A stretch of DNA of 64,000 nt, taken from positions 1-64,000 of the forward strand of contig MRSU01007186.1 in assembly GCA_008369845.1 (NCBI GenBank), in the 5' to 3' direction. The notes beneath the pieces are model-generated. The model saw nothing but the letters and a program-made list of their open reading frames with translations, searched no databases and was not told where the DNA came from. Positions 32,961 to 45,200 of the stretch are shown here, in pieces (position 1 is the stretch's first letter; every line of letters starts with the position of its first letter). Origin of the DNA: Trichomonas gallinae (lineage: Eukaryota). The position numbers and the translations under genes were made by a program.

Positions 32961-34475
32961 CTAGATTTAATTTAAAAACGAAAGAGAGAATTTTTTTGAG
33001 AGGAAAATATTTTTCGTCGGTTATAGCAATAAAAATATTCCATACAGAGAATTATTTATTTTCATTACATGTTGATTGAAATTGCCAAACAGCAAAATAT
33101 GATTTTATATATCTATATATAATAATAATAATGTGTATTTTTATTAAAGACGGTTTTGAAAGGTCTGAATTCCTTAAGATTGAAAAATTCAATGTGTTTT
33201 ATTATTGTCATTTATTCTGTAAATCTGGTCATTTTCATTATAAATTCTAATACAAATAAGAAAATTAATCATGAAAATCAAGAAAAAATGGAGCTTTTCT
33301 GATTGGATAATTTGTGCAATTTGGAATAATTCATAAAATCTCTCAAAAATGAGCCTACTCTTTTGTTATATGTTTTTAAATCGATTTTTCGAGTGCTATT
33401 TGTTAATGACGATCTTTTTGATTGATTATTTGAAGTCGAACTTTGAAAATAACCTTTTATGTAACCTAAGCAAAAAATATGATTTTTATGCACGAGGAGG
33501 CTTTGTTACATAAATGCCTTATCAAAATGAATAATCATCGATCAAAAGTGGCCCTTGATATTGACTAATCACTATTTTTAGACTCATTAATATATGGTTT
33601 ATGGTGGATACTAATGGAAAAATGCAAAATAAATAAACAACTATTTTTCTTCTCGAGAGAAATTACATATAGTTTTATTTTGCGTTTTTAACTTAAAATT
33701 AGTCTGTCTAAGATATAATTCGGAAGTTCTCGTTAAAGATTTTGATTTGTAAAGTGTTGTATTTATTTTTTCCCTGATCAAACAATAACATCACCTATTT
33801 TCTACTGTTATTCGTTCTAATGTTGAATGCGGTAACATGTTATATAGTTCGATTCTCGTTATCAGATCGATATTTTTTGACCGAAAAAGAAATTGAGCTT
33901 ATCTAATATTTTCCAAGTAATTTTGTTAGCCTCAGCATCATCTATTAGAGTCGAATGATTGCAATCAAATTTGTGTACTTCTAGAAAAAATGAATTTGTT
34001 GCATGAAATTGCAAATAAGGAATCATCCTCTATCTGATAACTCAATCAGAATCGTGTTTAGAAAAGAGAATCTCTATGGTTCATTATATAATTATGGGCA
34101 GATATTGAATTCAATTGTGATCACTTCCGCCATTGCTACTTGAGCAATACTCATCGCTAATTAATACTTCCCATACTATATTGAGTCTGAACTCCAAAGT
34201 GCATACGAAAATAACCAATATTTAAAAAGTATATTATAAAAAATCAACATATAAATTAAAATTAGTTAGTTAATTAGATAGAAATATAGTATTTATTAAA
34301 TTAGCAGTGTGTTAAAACTTATGATTTATGATAAAAATAAAGAGATATGATGCGATTTTTGATAATTTTCTGATATTATGATAGTATGTGTTGATTATAG
34401 TTTAGAAATGCAATAAAATCGGAAATTGAGATAAAAAGTGACACGAAATTTTTATACGTTATTGATTATCAATAA

Positions 34476-37400
34476 ATGAGCAGTATCCGGAGCTCGCCTG
34501 CGTCTAAGCGCTCGAAGACGAGTTCCGGTTCACGCATTACTGCCGCCTCTTACACATGGGATGAGTTTAATCAAACAGTTGAAAAGCCAAAGACTCCATC
34601 CCAGAAATTTCTCGAAAAAGCAGGGGAATCTCCGCGATTTACTCAGCTCCATCAACGAGTTTTGAGGGATCTTAAGTATACAGACATGGATATTGCTGCC
34701 AGTATCATCCAAAATTGCTGGCGAAAATATCGAGTAAAATCATATTTCATTAGATTCATCAGAAAGTACAAAGCAATTCACCAACGATCTTACAGCTCAT
34801 TTTTCTATAATCTCGCGATACAAAGAAGCACAGATCCAGAAAAACGAAAAAGATTTTTTGCAATAATCACTCGCCGTCTATTATGGGGCCGCAAACTGGC
34901 ACTAAACTATCACCAGCTTTCATTCGAACACTGGAATGTGTGCAATTTGTATCTAGTGCCAAATTATATCGATGACAAAAAACTTGTACAGTTTGTGAGA
35001 AAGATTTACGCACAAAGGATGAGAAATATGCTACTTGAGTGGCTGATTGTTACAAGAAGAAATGCAAAAAGAAGAGCAGCTGTTGATAATTTTCATATTA
35101 TTAACTCAAATCATCATGTTTTCAAGAAATTATATGCTCCATTTCTTTTATGGAAGATCATTACGAAAAATCTTTACTTTGACAGATCAGAATTCAATCA
35201 TATTCCTGAAATTCAAAATTATAACGAATATTTAATTATTCAGGAGAAAAAGAAGAAAGATGCCGACAAACAGCATCTAGTTTTCGTTGGAAAGCGTGTC
35301 ATTCAAGCTTTGTACAATAAAAAGCTTCAGAAATACGCAGATCGAGAACAAGAAAAATTTGGAGACGAATACAACATCAAGCGTTGCATGAAATACTCTC
35401 TTAAGGCATGGATATCAACAATCACTTACCAAAAAGAACTTACAAAGACAAAAATGCTTGCTTTATCAAAATGGCACAATGTTACGAATTCCAAGCGTCA
35501 ATTACTGAAATTACTTGATATGTTCCAAGACAGACACCGCCAATACCAAAAATTATACATTCTCAACATATTCAAAAAGAATCTTCACATTAACACGATT
35601 CTTCACACTCACGGCTACATCAAGATACAAAGCTTCCCAAGCTTAGCAAGATTCTTCGCTTTCACAATTGCAGGCAATGAATCTCTCGCATGCATCGCAT
35701 CAGCCTTGTACGGCTGGCTCGTTTACGTCCGCCGCCGCAAGAACTGGCAGTACTTTGTTTCCGCGAACATTATAAATACGAATTACAATCACACGAAAGG
35801 AAAGGCGCTCGCGGCATTGAGAACTCGAAGATTTGCTCCTCATCCATATGGATTCGTTGCTCCCCACTTTCAAATGCAAACATACAAAGTCTACAAGACG
35901 GCAATCAATCACCAGCTGTCACCATTCTTGTTGTTAAGCGGACCGGAAAGTGCCGAAATCGAAACGAAGATTTCAAACGCTAAGACAAGATATGAAAGGA
36001 GAGAAACATTCTTCCAGGCTTGGCTCACTACTAAGCAGGACATGAGCTTATTCATGAGAGCGGCTTTGATAGCAAACGCGCGCGCAAGAGACTACAAGAA
36101 GAAAAATGAAATGTCGAGTGATGACAAAAAAGTCGAGTCTTTCAAACGAGCCATGAATACATTGAAAGCGTTGAATTTGTCGACTAAAGAGAAATTCAAC
36201 AAAGTCCAGAAAGAGATACAAAAGAACAACGAGAAAGCTCTGAGAAACAGCACAGCGAGCATGAGAAGGATGATGATGCTCATCACAGCAATCGATTCAC
36301 ACGCAGCTGCCATCGACTTCGAGAAACTCGACCCATTCTTTAGGACAGTGAAAACAGTCCAACTTGTCGGTGAAGTACAAAAGGTGTCTGATCAATTATC
36401 GTTGATTTACTCTCCACTGACTGACATTTCTCAGATGGGAAAGAATTTCACTGACACGACGAATAATGATGAACCAGGACAGTTCGAAAGACTCGAAATC
36501 AAAAAGCCGGGATTTGACAAACAATTCGAGGAGATGAAAGTCATCGTTTTCATCGAAAAGAAACGCGCACAAGCTGCTCAGGCAGCAACATCACACTTCA
36601 GCACTCTTTTGAACAGAGCTGACTTCGTACAAGAAAATCAAGGAAAGCAGACCACGAACACAAAAGTTACAACATTCGCGAAGAACTCAACAGAAGATGT
36701 TCATCCGAGAAAACGTGATGGAATGATCGAGAAGTACAGCAAGATGTTCCCTCAATACAGCAACAAGCGCAAACTTCGCATTTCATCTTCGAAAGAGCTC
36801 CTCAATCTTTCAGTCGAATCGAAGGAAGAAGAAGATTCAGCAGAATTACTCAAGATATCTAGAGACAACACTAAAGCAACTCTCAGCAGTGACTCTTTGA
36901 CCAGATCCAGTTTCTTCAGTGTTGGCGGCTTCGAAAGCGCTTTAAGAGCGTCAGCAGTGAAAATGCTTGACGCGAAAATCAACCATGACGACAAAAACGC
37001 CCAGATGCCACAGATCAACGAACAGGAAGAATACTCTGAATCTGAGACAGAAGAAGAAGTCCCAGAGCTCAAACTTGGCGACAAGAAAGAAACACAACAG
37101 GTCAAGAAACAATCATCTAAAAAGATTCAGTTCGGTGATGGTTTTAATGACACAATCATGAAATCAGCTTTGGCGGCAAACGGCTTCGATGACCCTGATG
37201 TCAGCAACAGATATAAGACTTTCCTGCAGATCATGTTCGGCAAGCAAGGCAGAGACACGCCGCAAAGCGTGCAGATACAACAGATCAAGCGAAAAATCAT
37301 CAACGAGTACAAAAACAGAAAATTCGCAGCTCCAGGTATTATAACACAAGGCGTCGCTCGCCCGGTAACAAGCGTCATCGAGTCATACAGGCACGACAGA

Positions 37401-39137
37401 TCTAAGATGAACCAGGATCATTCTCAGAACAAGGGAACTATTGGAACAAAGAAGATCATTCCTGACAAAGACATGCCGAAAGAGTTCGAAACGAAATACA
37501 ACAGCCGCAGGTATTTCACCAACGAAGACTTCGGCGAATTCGAGGAAGACGAAGAAGAAGACAAGAACGATGAAATCGTTGATCCAACGCAGAGCAAGTC
37601 GAGCTTCAAGAATGTGTTGAACGACGAAGACAGATTCCAGCAAGAAAAAATGAAAGAAAAAGAAGAAATCGATGAAGCTGAAAGTGACGAAGAACTTTCA
37701 CACGAAGGCGACAAAAATGCTGACGAAGAAATCGATGCAGCTGCTCAGCAGTACAAAGACATCGAGGACTTCAATGTTACGTCTGATTACATCCCAGGAG
37801 TTGGCTACACGATCAAGGATGATGAAGGAAATGTTATCGGATATGACCCAACTGGTCAATCATTGCTGCAAAAAGAGCAGCAAAGCACTCCAATTAAGAA
37901 ACAGTTCATAGACAATGGTGTAGCCTTGAAGTCAGTCAACAAAGTTGTCCACAGAATCATCAACGAACTCGCAAGAACAGAGAGTGAAATTTCTTTTGTC
38001 GAAGTCGATAGTCTTGGTCCTCCTGAACTTGATTTGAGTCAACTTATTCCTCCGAAGGAAGAAGAGCCTCCTCCACCGCCAAAGAAGCCAGAAGAGCCTC
38101 CAAAGAGGAAGTGGACAAGGCATGGTCCCCCTCCGAAATCTAAGCGTCCGATTGTTGTCCCGCGGATGCACACAATCAAGCCTTCAATGGCCAAAGCAAT
38201 GCACGACGACGACAACATGACGAAAATCATTTACGACGGCGGCATCATCACACGAGTGCAAGGAGAATTCAAGCCACCTGAAGCTCCGCGAGAGAAGAAG
38301 AAGTGGTTCTCAGGAATGCCAGACCATCACATCGACTACTTCATCGAGGGCCAAGTTGTCAGTTTTCCAGGTGGCGGAAGACAGCTTAATGAAAAGCCGC
38401 ACAACTTCACTCAGACACGTGTTAACTCAGTTAAGAATCGTGGCATCACTAAGCCAATCATCTCCGGTCAGCCGCGTCCTGTCACAGCGACTAAAGTCGA
38501 GCAGAAGAAGCAGCACCATGATCCACTTGATACAGTCAGAGGAACTTTGCTGCACCTGACAAGCATGATGCAATCCAACAACCAGGAAATTTACAAGAAG
38601 TTCGCGCACAGAGTTAGATCAATGAACAAGCGTCCCCCAATGCCAAATACTCTTGGTGACCCAGAAGCTCCACTGAAGACTACTGAGTTCTCCGATTTCA
38701 TCCAGAACATTTACGTCAGACTTTCAAAGGATCACGACACTGAAACAGCAGCTGCAGCTCTGATTGGAACAGCTCGCCAGCACACTTCATTCATTCCTTA
38801 TCTTCAGAGAGCTGTTTCACAACTGTTCGCACGTCCGAAGATGAAACTGCCTGATAATCCTATCCAGGATCAGCCGCCAACTCGTTCCACAGCGAAATTC
38901 ATCGACATTTCATGGTACACTGAAGATCCTTACTATAAAGCTGTTGCCCTTCAGTTCGCCGACGAGTCGAACATGGAGAATCTCAACGCTGTTATCGCGC
39001 CAACGATGCAGCCTGAAACAAAGAAGAAGAGGGGAGAAAGGCCAAGAACTTCCATCGAAAAACGGAAAACGTGGGACGACGTCCTCAAAGATTACACGCT
39101 CGGAGAAATGGTTATGGTTACTCCTGCACACATCTAA
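34476..39137 (+). CDS. Large hypothetical protein with an IQ motif and Sfi1-like Trp helical repeats
   Basis: IQ-like AASIIQNCWRKYR, then (F/L)xxW helical repeats LLEWL, FLLWK, LKAWI, LSKWH, LYGWL and FQAWL. Long low-complexity C-terminal half. Confidence 0.65.
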   Translation: MSSIRSSPASKRSKTSSGSRITAASYTWDEFNQTVEKPKTPSQKFLEKAGESPRFTQLHQRVLRDLKYTDMDIAASIIQNCWRKYRVKSYFIRFIRKYKAIHQRSYSSFFYNLAIQRSTDPEKRKRFFAIITRRLLWGRKLALNYHQLSFEHWNVCNLYLVPNYIDDKKLVQFVRKIYAQRMRNMLLEWLIVTRRNAKRRAAVDNFHIINSNHHVFKKLYAPFLLWKIITKNLYFDRSEFNHIPEIQNYNEYLIIQEKKKKDADKQHLVFVGKRVIQALYNKKLQKYADREQEKFGDEYNIKRCMKYSLKAWISTITYQKELTKTKMLALSKWHNVTNSKRQLLKLLDMFQDRHRQYQKLYILNIFKKNLHINTILHTHGYIKIQSFPSLARFFAFTIAGNESLACIASALYGWLVYVRRRKNWQYFVSANIINTNYNHTKGKALAALRTRRFAPHPYGFVAPHFQMQTYKVYKTAINHQLSPFLLLSGPESAEIETKISNAKTRYERRETFFQAWLTTKQDMSLFMRAALIANARARDYKKKNEMSSDDKKVESFKRAMNTLKALNLSTKEKFNKVQKEIQKNNEKALRNSTASMRRMMMLITAIDSHAAAIDFEKLDPFFRTVKTVQLVGEVQKVSDQLSLIYSPLTDISQMGKNFTDTTNNDEPGQFERLEIKKPGFDKQFEEMKVIVFIEKKRAQAAQAATSHFSTLLNRADFVQENQGKQTTNTKVTTFAKNSTEDVHPRKRDGMIEKYSKMFPQYSNKRKLRISSSKELLNLSVESKEEEDSAELLKISRDNTKATLSSDSLTRSSFFSVGGFESALRASAVKMLDAKINHDDKNAQMPQINEQEEYSESETEEEVPELKLGDKKETQQVKKQSSKKIQFGDGFNDTIMKSALAANGFDDPDVSNRYKTFLQIMFGKQGRDTPQSVQIQQIKRKIINEYKNRKFAAPGIITQGVARPVTSVIESYRHDRSKMNQDHSQNKGTIGTKKIIPDKDMPKEFETKYNSRRYFTNEDFGEFEEDEEEDKNDEIVDPTQSKSSFKNVLNDEDRFQQEKMKEKEEIDEAESDEELSHEGDKNADEEIDAAAQQYKDIEDFNVTSDYIPGVGYTIKDDEGNVIGYDPTGQSLLQKEQQSTPIKKQFIDNGVALKSVNKVVHRIINELARTESEISFVEVDSLGPPELDLSQLIPPKEEEPPPPPKKPEEPPKRKWTRHGPPPKSKRPIVVPRMHTIKPSMAKAMHDDDNMTKIIYDGGIITRVQGEFKPPEAPREKKKWFSGMPDHHIDYFIEGQVVSFPGGGRQLNEKPHNFTQTRVNSVKNRGITKPIISGQPRPVTATKVEQKKQHHDPLDTVRGTLLHLTSMMQSNNQEIYKKFAHRVRSMNKRPPMPNTLGDPEAPLKTTEFSDFIQNIYVRLSKDHDTETAAAALIGTARQHTSFIPYLQRAVSQLFARPKMKLPDNPIQDQPPTRSTAKFIDISWYTEDPYYKAVALQFADESNMENLNAVIAPTMQPETKKKRGERPRTSIEKRKTWDDVLKDYTLGEMVMVTPAHI

Positions 39138-39468
39138 TATTATAATGTTTATATATATATTTTGTTTATTAAAATGTTTGTATGTATTTTCGATTTTGAA
39201 TTTTTTGTAAAAGCAATCTTAAAGATAATAAACATGTTATAACATAGATGCATACTTGCATTTTTCATGTTTAATATGCAAGTTCTATGTTATCAATTTC
39301 ATCATAATTAAAATCATTTTATTGGTTTTCAGTATATGATCATATCGAATTCATAGCTGTTTATATTTCATTTTATGTGAGTAATACTATATTTTTTTGT
39401 TAATATTTTGATAAATAAAAAAAAATTAAGCATTAATTAATAGAGAACAAAACAATGTATTTATATAC

Positions 39469-40017
39469 TCAGAATACCATCTTTTGAGCAACATCATTAA
39501 GGATTACGTTGAACGCTTCGTCGATTCCAGTTCTTTTTGACGCACTGACGCTAAATGGCATGATTTTCCTAGCAGAATGCTGCTGAAGATCCAGTAGATC
39601 TGTTATTTCTGCAACAGTAACTGGATTTGGTAAATCTGATTTATTAATGAAAATAGCCCATGTTAGCTGATTTCCACGATCTTTTGAGATTGCTGATTCG
39701 AATTCTTTCTTGAAATCGTTGAGATTCTGCCGATTTGAACCATCAACAACAAATATTACAACATCTGTTCCATCGAAAAAGCTGTGCCATGAAGGACGCG
39801 TTGACTGTGAGCCGGAGAGATCCCATAAAGACAATTTATAGTCACTTCTCTGCTCATTTGTAATAATAAAGCCTTGCGTTGGAGGAATTCCTTCAAGCGG
39901 TTTATTTAAGAAGGAAGCAATAACTGATGACTTTCCAGCACCTTCCAAGCCGATGAATAATAAACGAATTTCATGTTCACGTGCTTTGATTTTCTTTAAT
40001 AAATCTTTTAATCCCAT
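39469..40017 (-). CDS. Arf-like small GTPase, divergent Arl2-like
   Basis: MGLKDLLKKIKAREHEIRLLFIGLEGAGKS, PTQGF, WDLSG, NKSD and SA. Confidence 0.85.
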   Translation of the reverse strand: MGLKDLLKKIKAREHEIRLLFIGLEGAGKSSVIASFLNKPLEGIPPTQGFIITNEQRSDYKLSLWDLSGSQSTRPSWHSFFDGTDVVIFVVDGSNRQNLNDFKKEFESAISKDRGNQLTWAIFINKSDLPNPVTVAEITDLLDLQQHSARKIMPFSVSASKRTGIDEAFNVILNDVAQKMVF

Positions 40018-40380
40018 TTTTTAGAAAATTTAAAACTTCTAAAAAGTGTCAGTAACGAAAACGAATATTGACACGTAAAAATATTTTTGACATGTAAAAT
40101 AATTCAATCATAAGTGATAAAAATTCATCACATGATGGTGCATATGTTGATCCACGATTTGTTAGTAATATACTTGATATTAAAATCTTGTTTTGCAATG
40201 GTGTAGACTTAACAAGTTATAAATGCTATATATAGACTTATTATTATGCTTTTTGATTGCAAGAAATGTAACTCATTATTCGGAGTAGGGCTACCTGGAG
40301 CACATCTAATTAATGAAATCCTATATTATACATATCAAAATATCAAATTAAAATGTATAAATATGAAAAAGAAAGTTCAT

Positions 40381-40490
40381 ATTTGACATGTAAAATGGAA
40401 TATTTGGCATGTAATGATTTTTTGACATGTAAAATTAAAATGACATTTGACACGTAAAATGATATATTTGCCGTGTAATGATAATTTTTG
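40381..40490 (+). promoter_or_regulatory. Cluster of five TGNCRYGTAAW motifs (duplicated unit, period 64 bp) just upstream of ATG 40511
   Basis: Motifs at 40384, 40405, 40423, 40448 and 40469. Confidence 0.6.
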
Positions 40491-40510
40491 TTTTGTAAAA
40501 ATAGAAAATC

Positions 40511-41995
40511 ATGGAATTAAAATCTGAAGCGGAATTTTCATTAGAACAAGAAGTAGCTCCTGAATTACAGCCTCAATCTCAAATTGCAGACTTGGAAACT
40601 ATTGCAAAAATACTAGAATTTGATCCAACTAAATTTCATGATATATGTTTCAATGTGTACCAATCATTTTTAACATCAGGCAAGTTCGCACAGATCCAAT
40701 TAGATCAGATATTTAACAGTTTATGCAGCTGGAGACAAATAATTAGGGAAAATCGAATTTGCATGAAATTTTTCAGCGATACATTTATTGAAACGCATAT
40801 AAGAGATGTATTAATATCTTTTTTAAATCCAGATTTAGATTCTTTGTTTCCACCAGATATTCATTCGGATTTTTTTATAAAAGAAGCATTCTACACTGCA
40901 ATTAGGTTTATTTGCGAAATATCTTATTATCAAGAATTTCATTCCATGCAGTTTTGGAAAGAAAGTAATCTTTATTATAGAATATATGAAATCTTCTTCG
41001 ATCCTAACCTTAATTACGATAGAGATATAGCTCATTGCCTTTTAGCATCAATGATTAACCTTTGTCCTGTTGAAAAAACATCAGAAACAAAATTTCAAAT
41101 ATTTGATGATCCTTCAGCTGTTATTAGCAGATTGGCTCGTATTTTCGTGCAATTTGGGTTTCCTTTCGTGTATTTGTGGCGTTTGTTATGGAATGTCTCC
41201 AAAGATCGAGCTGAAGTTTTTAATGATAATATTGCAAGCTATTTATCACTTTTAAGAAACAATATTGATGAAGATTCATTGTTATATGCGTTCAAATTTG
41301 CTATTAACGTAATTAAGATGTTTCCTGATTCATCAATTTTCTTTCTAGATTATTTTAAGGTCTTCATGCAGCAAATATCAGAATATAACATTGAGACAGC
41401 AGCAGAGGCGATGAGATTTGTGAATATAGTGCTTATTCAGATTCCAGAAAATAATATTTTTTCTATTTTTGATGTGTGGGAAGATTTTAATTCTGTATTT
41501 GAATTACTGTTCAATGAATCAGCAACTTGTCATCAAGTTTTACTTTTTATTTCAGAAGTTGCAAATAGAAAATGCGATGGTGTTTATTTATTGCATTCAT
41601 TGCTAATGAAACTCGAGATATCTGCTGAGCAACTATGCATCAATGTCACAGAAGCATATTCGCACATTTCAATTTACGGAAAAGATGAAATTATTGATAT
41701 ATTTAATGGAATTAGCGAGAATTTATCTAATGGCTGCGAACTTGCTCTTAAATACTTAGATCCGGCCATTATTGCTGATGCACTTCAGTCTGGTAAGCTT
41801 ACACAGTGCATTTCTGCATTAACTTTGTTGCGGAGATTAATTAGATTTGTTAAAGTCAATGACATTGAGAATTTCAACAGTTATCTTCAAACTATGAATG
41901 AATTAGAGATACCTGAAATGGTTGAAGATATGCTAGATAATGAAAATGAAGAAATTGCATCCAATGCAAAAAGAGTCACGGATCTAGTTCAGTAA
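40511..41995 (+). CDS. Hypothetical ARM-like protein
   Basis: Helical 494-aa ORF. The C-terminal EIPEMVEDMLDNENEEIASNAKRV resembles the last importin-alpha-type ARM repeat. Confidence 0.55.
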   Translation: MELKSEAEFSLEQEVAPELQPQSQIADLETIAKILEFDPTKFHDICFNVYQSFLTSGKFAQIQLDQIFNSLCSWRQIIRENRICMKFFSDTFIETHIRDVLISFLNPDLDSLFPPDIHSDFFIKEAFYTAIRFICEISYYQEFHSMQFWKESNLYYRIYEIFFDPNLNYDRDIAHCLLASMINLCPVEKTSETKFQIFDDPSAVISRLARIFVQFGFPFVYLWRLLWNVSKDRAEVFNDNIASYLSLLRNNIDEDSLLYAFKFAINVIKMFPDSSIFFLDYFKVFMQQISEYNIETAAEAMRFVNIVLIQIPENNIFSIFDVWEDFNSVFELLFNESATCHQVLLFISEVANRKCDGVYLLHSLLMKLEISAEQLCINVTEAYSHISIYGKDEIIDIFNGISENLSNGCELALKYLDPAIIADALQSGKLTQCISALTLLRRLIRFVKVNDIENFNSYLQTMNELEIPEMVEDMLDNENEEIASNAKRVTDLVQ

Positions 41996-42026
41996 CTCTA
42001 TTTTTATATTATTTCTGTTTGTATCT

Positions 42027-42160
42027 TAATAAAGCTTTGCTTCGGGCTTCATTTAAAGGTCATTATTAAATAAATACCTTATACAGTTCTTGAAATTGAA
42101 GCTAACACAAAAACAAATGCAAAGATACAGCTTTGATTGTTGCTTCAATAATAATTGGTC
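42027..42160 (+). pseudogene. Ankyrin-repeat remnant
   Basis: NKALLRASFKGHY and KDTALIVAS fragments. Shares GATACAGCTTTGATT with 18588 and 54948. Confidence 0.6.
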
Positions 42161-42246
42161 AACAATCATAAATATATCAGATTTAACAATACGTAATGAA
42201 CTTTATAAAAAACATACAATAATACATTTATTAAATCTATAAAAAA

Positions 42247-45200
42247 TTACCACCACGGATTCCATTCCGCTGGCATCATTGAAAGATTTTCATCCGAAGA
42301 TGCGACAGATATTAAATCCTTCACAACTTCAAGTGAAGATGGATTAATTTCAAGTCTCTTAGAAACAAACTCCAGTGCCTGCTCACATTTACTTGCCCAT
42401 CTAAGGTTTTCATCGCGAACACTTGGCTCTATCGCTCTAAGCAATCTCTCTTTCTCTCTGTATATAGCGTCGAGGCAGTCTTTCATTTCTCTCTCGAGAG
42501 CACCAGAGACTCCGGCAGTATCCAATGCGTTAGCCATGACTCTAGAAAGTCTGAATGGAACTTTGCTTGGCACGAAGCATGGATAGTAAATTGCATTGTA
42601 AACTTTCGATGTTGCAAGTTCCATCATAATATTCGAAAGTTTTCTGTCGCCAATTCCGAAGATATAACCTGTTATACATTTGATTGCTAGGCTGCTGATA
42701 TACATTGTGCGACGCTCCATCCATCCTTGAATTGAAACACTTCCACGAATAATGACATTCTCTAAATCATCGCCACGAGTGGATGCCAATGACTGCCTGA
42801 AAGAACTCAACTTTTCTTCCGGTGAAAGTGAATCGAATTCGTCAATGATCCAATCTCTTTCATCTGCCATTCCTGACTGGCGGCGCCTGCTCTGCTTGAT
42901 TGCTTCCTCGAGAGAGAAGCATGGAGAACTTTTCTCAAGTGAAATGGATGATGTCAATGGAACAGTGAAAATAACTGGTGGAGCGAAAGATGTTTTCTGT
43001 GATTTGAGAATTCTTGAAATTAATCTCAACAAAATGAATGCACGCTCATCAATGAATGAATGCGAACGATTGCGAATAGTGAAAGAAGAAGTTATTCCTG
43101 AATCAAGAATTGTTTTGATAGTCTTAGAGTAGTTTTCTTGAGCAATGATGCTTCCGAATCTACCAATCTGTGAGTCTGCGAAAGGAAGGGTTATTTTAGT
43201 GAAGAAGCCTTTTTCTTCTATGTGCGAAATGTCAGAGAGCGAGTATTCTTTAGGCATGACTATCTTTGAAATGAATGCTTTGTGTGCATCATAGCATTGA
43301 TGCAAATCTGACTCTTGGAGGCTTTCGTTGTAAAGCAAAGCCAGTCTCTTGCATTCTTTCAAGTCGGGGTTGAGCTGGAAGAACTGATTTACAACACCGC
43401 TATTGTCTTCTTCGCTGTAAAGAGAAATTAAGTCACCCAAATCTTGCGTGTCGACAAATTTTTGTGCACTTATTGCAATTCTTTCGTGATAAGTTATGCT
43501 GATGTTGACCATTTCACGAGCAAACTGTACTATGTTCTTTATCGACTGATCATCTGATATGAATTTATTGAATAAGTCTGATTGGTTGTTTATCACTTTG
43601 TGCACCATCGCGAAAACTGCTTTATTTGGTGCTGCCTTGAAATATTTTGAGAGAAGGTTCATATAAACTGGTCTTTCAGCGAATGCAACTATTTGAGGCA
43701 GAAAGTCTGTGAGTTGCACTGGAGGTATCAGATCTACCCTTGCGTTGATAATAGACTCTATTTCAGGAACCTTTCGCGATAATATCGCCATCAAAAAGTG
43801 AATTCCATCGAATTTGATGAAAGTAGAGAAGATATCTTCAATCAATGAAAAATCATTGTTGCGTTCAAAGAGATTCAAAGCGGCTTTAGCCCAATCCAAG
43901 CTATGTCTTGGGAGGTATTTAACAGCTTTTCCATGATCACCAGCAGCCAAGAATGCTCTTCCGAGTTCATGTCTCCAGTTGTCATCGGAAATATCGGAAT
44001 TTTTCACCGCTTCTTCGAATTTGTCAACTGATTTGTTCAATAAATTATCAATCATTAAATATCTCTTTGGATCTAATATTGACAACCTCTTAAATGCTAT
44101 GTCAACCAATTCGCCGGCAGTTGCATCATTATGGTATTTTCTCAAAAACTTAAGAAAGCCATCAGCTGTCTTTTCCGGTGGAGAAACTGATCTTCTGATT
44201 ATAATAGTCAAGAAAAGTGATGAAGGATCCAAACTATCAAACTTCTCATCCCACATTTCGAACAATCTGTTGATTTTGTCTTCAATTCTTGTCTTTTCGT
44301 GCGGTGTTGAGTTAACCATAGCTAATCTTAGCTCTAAAATTCTTGCTGCATCTTCTAAATCAACTAACCTTGAAGCAGAAGACATTTCATTAGTGATGCT
44401 TCCATAATCGAAGTCAGTATTTGATAAGATATGAGGGAAAACTGCATCTCTTATCTTCTTTATGATATCAGAAGCTTCTTGTGCTTTACCATCGAGAATT
44501 GCAATGACAGCTTTGTGGAAATCTGTTTCTGCTAAATCTCTGAACTCATTCGAACAATTAAACAAAGCAACATCAGCTGCTTTTTCACCTTTAAGTTGTA
44601 GTTTTGATAATGTTTCGAATTTGTTCATTTTTTCCAGGCAAATATTGATTTTCTCTTTGTTATTTTCGTTCATATACAGTTCATAAGCTTTCTCCCAGTT
44701 TCCAACCAGTTCCGCTTCTTCAGCTGTGTCACACTTTGCAAGCTTTCTCGCTAGATATCTTTGTCCGAGCATCAGGTTCACTTTGACGAGTTTCGATGAA
44801 TCGCCTGTCTGCTTGAAAATGTTTTCGAAGCATCTTAATGCAAGACTTAAGTTTCCTGCTTGCATGGCCTTCTCTCCAATAATCGCTTCAGGAACTCTCA
44901 CGTCGATATTATGCAGCATCAAAATCTCAACAGCTGACAGGAACAAACCGCGTGCATAAAGAGGGATTCCATCACTTGTCAACGCTATCTTAAGTATGTT
45001 GTGTAATGGCTGCGGATCCGAGCACTCTGAAACGCAAAGAGCGAATGAAACAGAAAACAATGCTGATCTAACTTTGTGGTCGCGTTCGCAGATTGTCATG
45101 CACGCCGAGATTGCTTTGGATGGGGACTTAAGAATTATCAGATTCATGAAACTGTTGATCCACTTGTTCCACTGCAAAGCGTCCCATGATGGATGTGGTG

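Noticed and set aside
33000..34470. Hidden gene or ncRNA in the 1.5-kb divergent spacer
   Set aside because: Only a 71-aa non-ATG ORF is present, with no recognisable motif or structure.
8956..40017. Centriole/cilium gene cluster (TCP-domain, NEK, Sfi1-like, Arl2-like)
   Set aside because: The genes are interspersed with unrelated ones over 30 kb and belong to large families.
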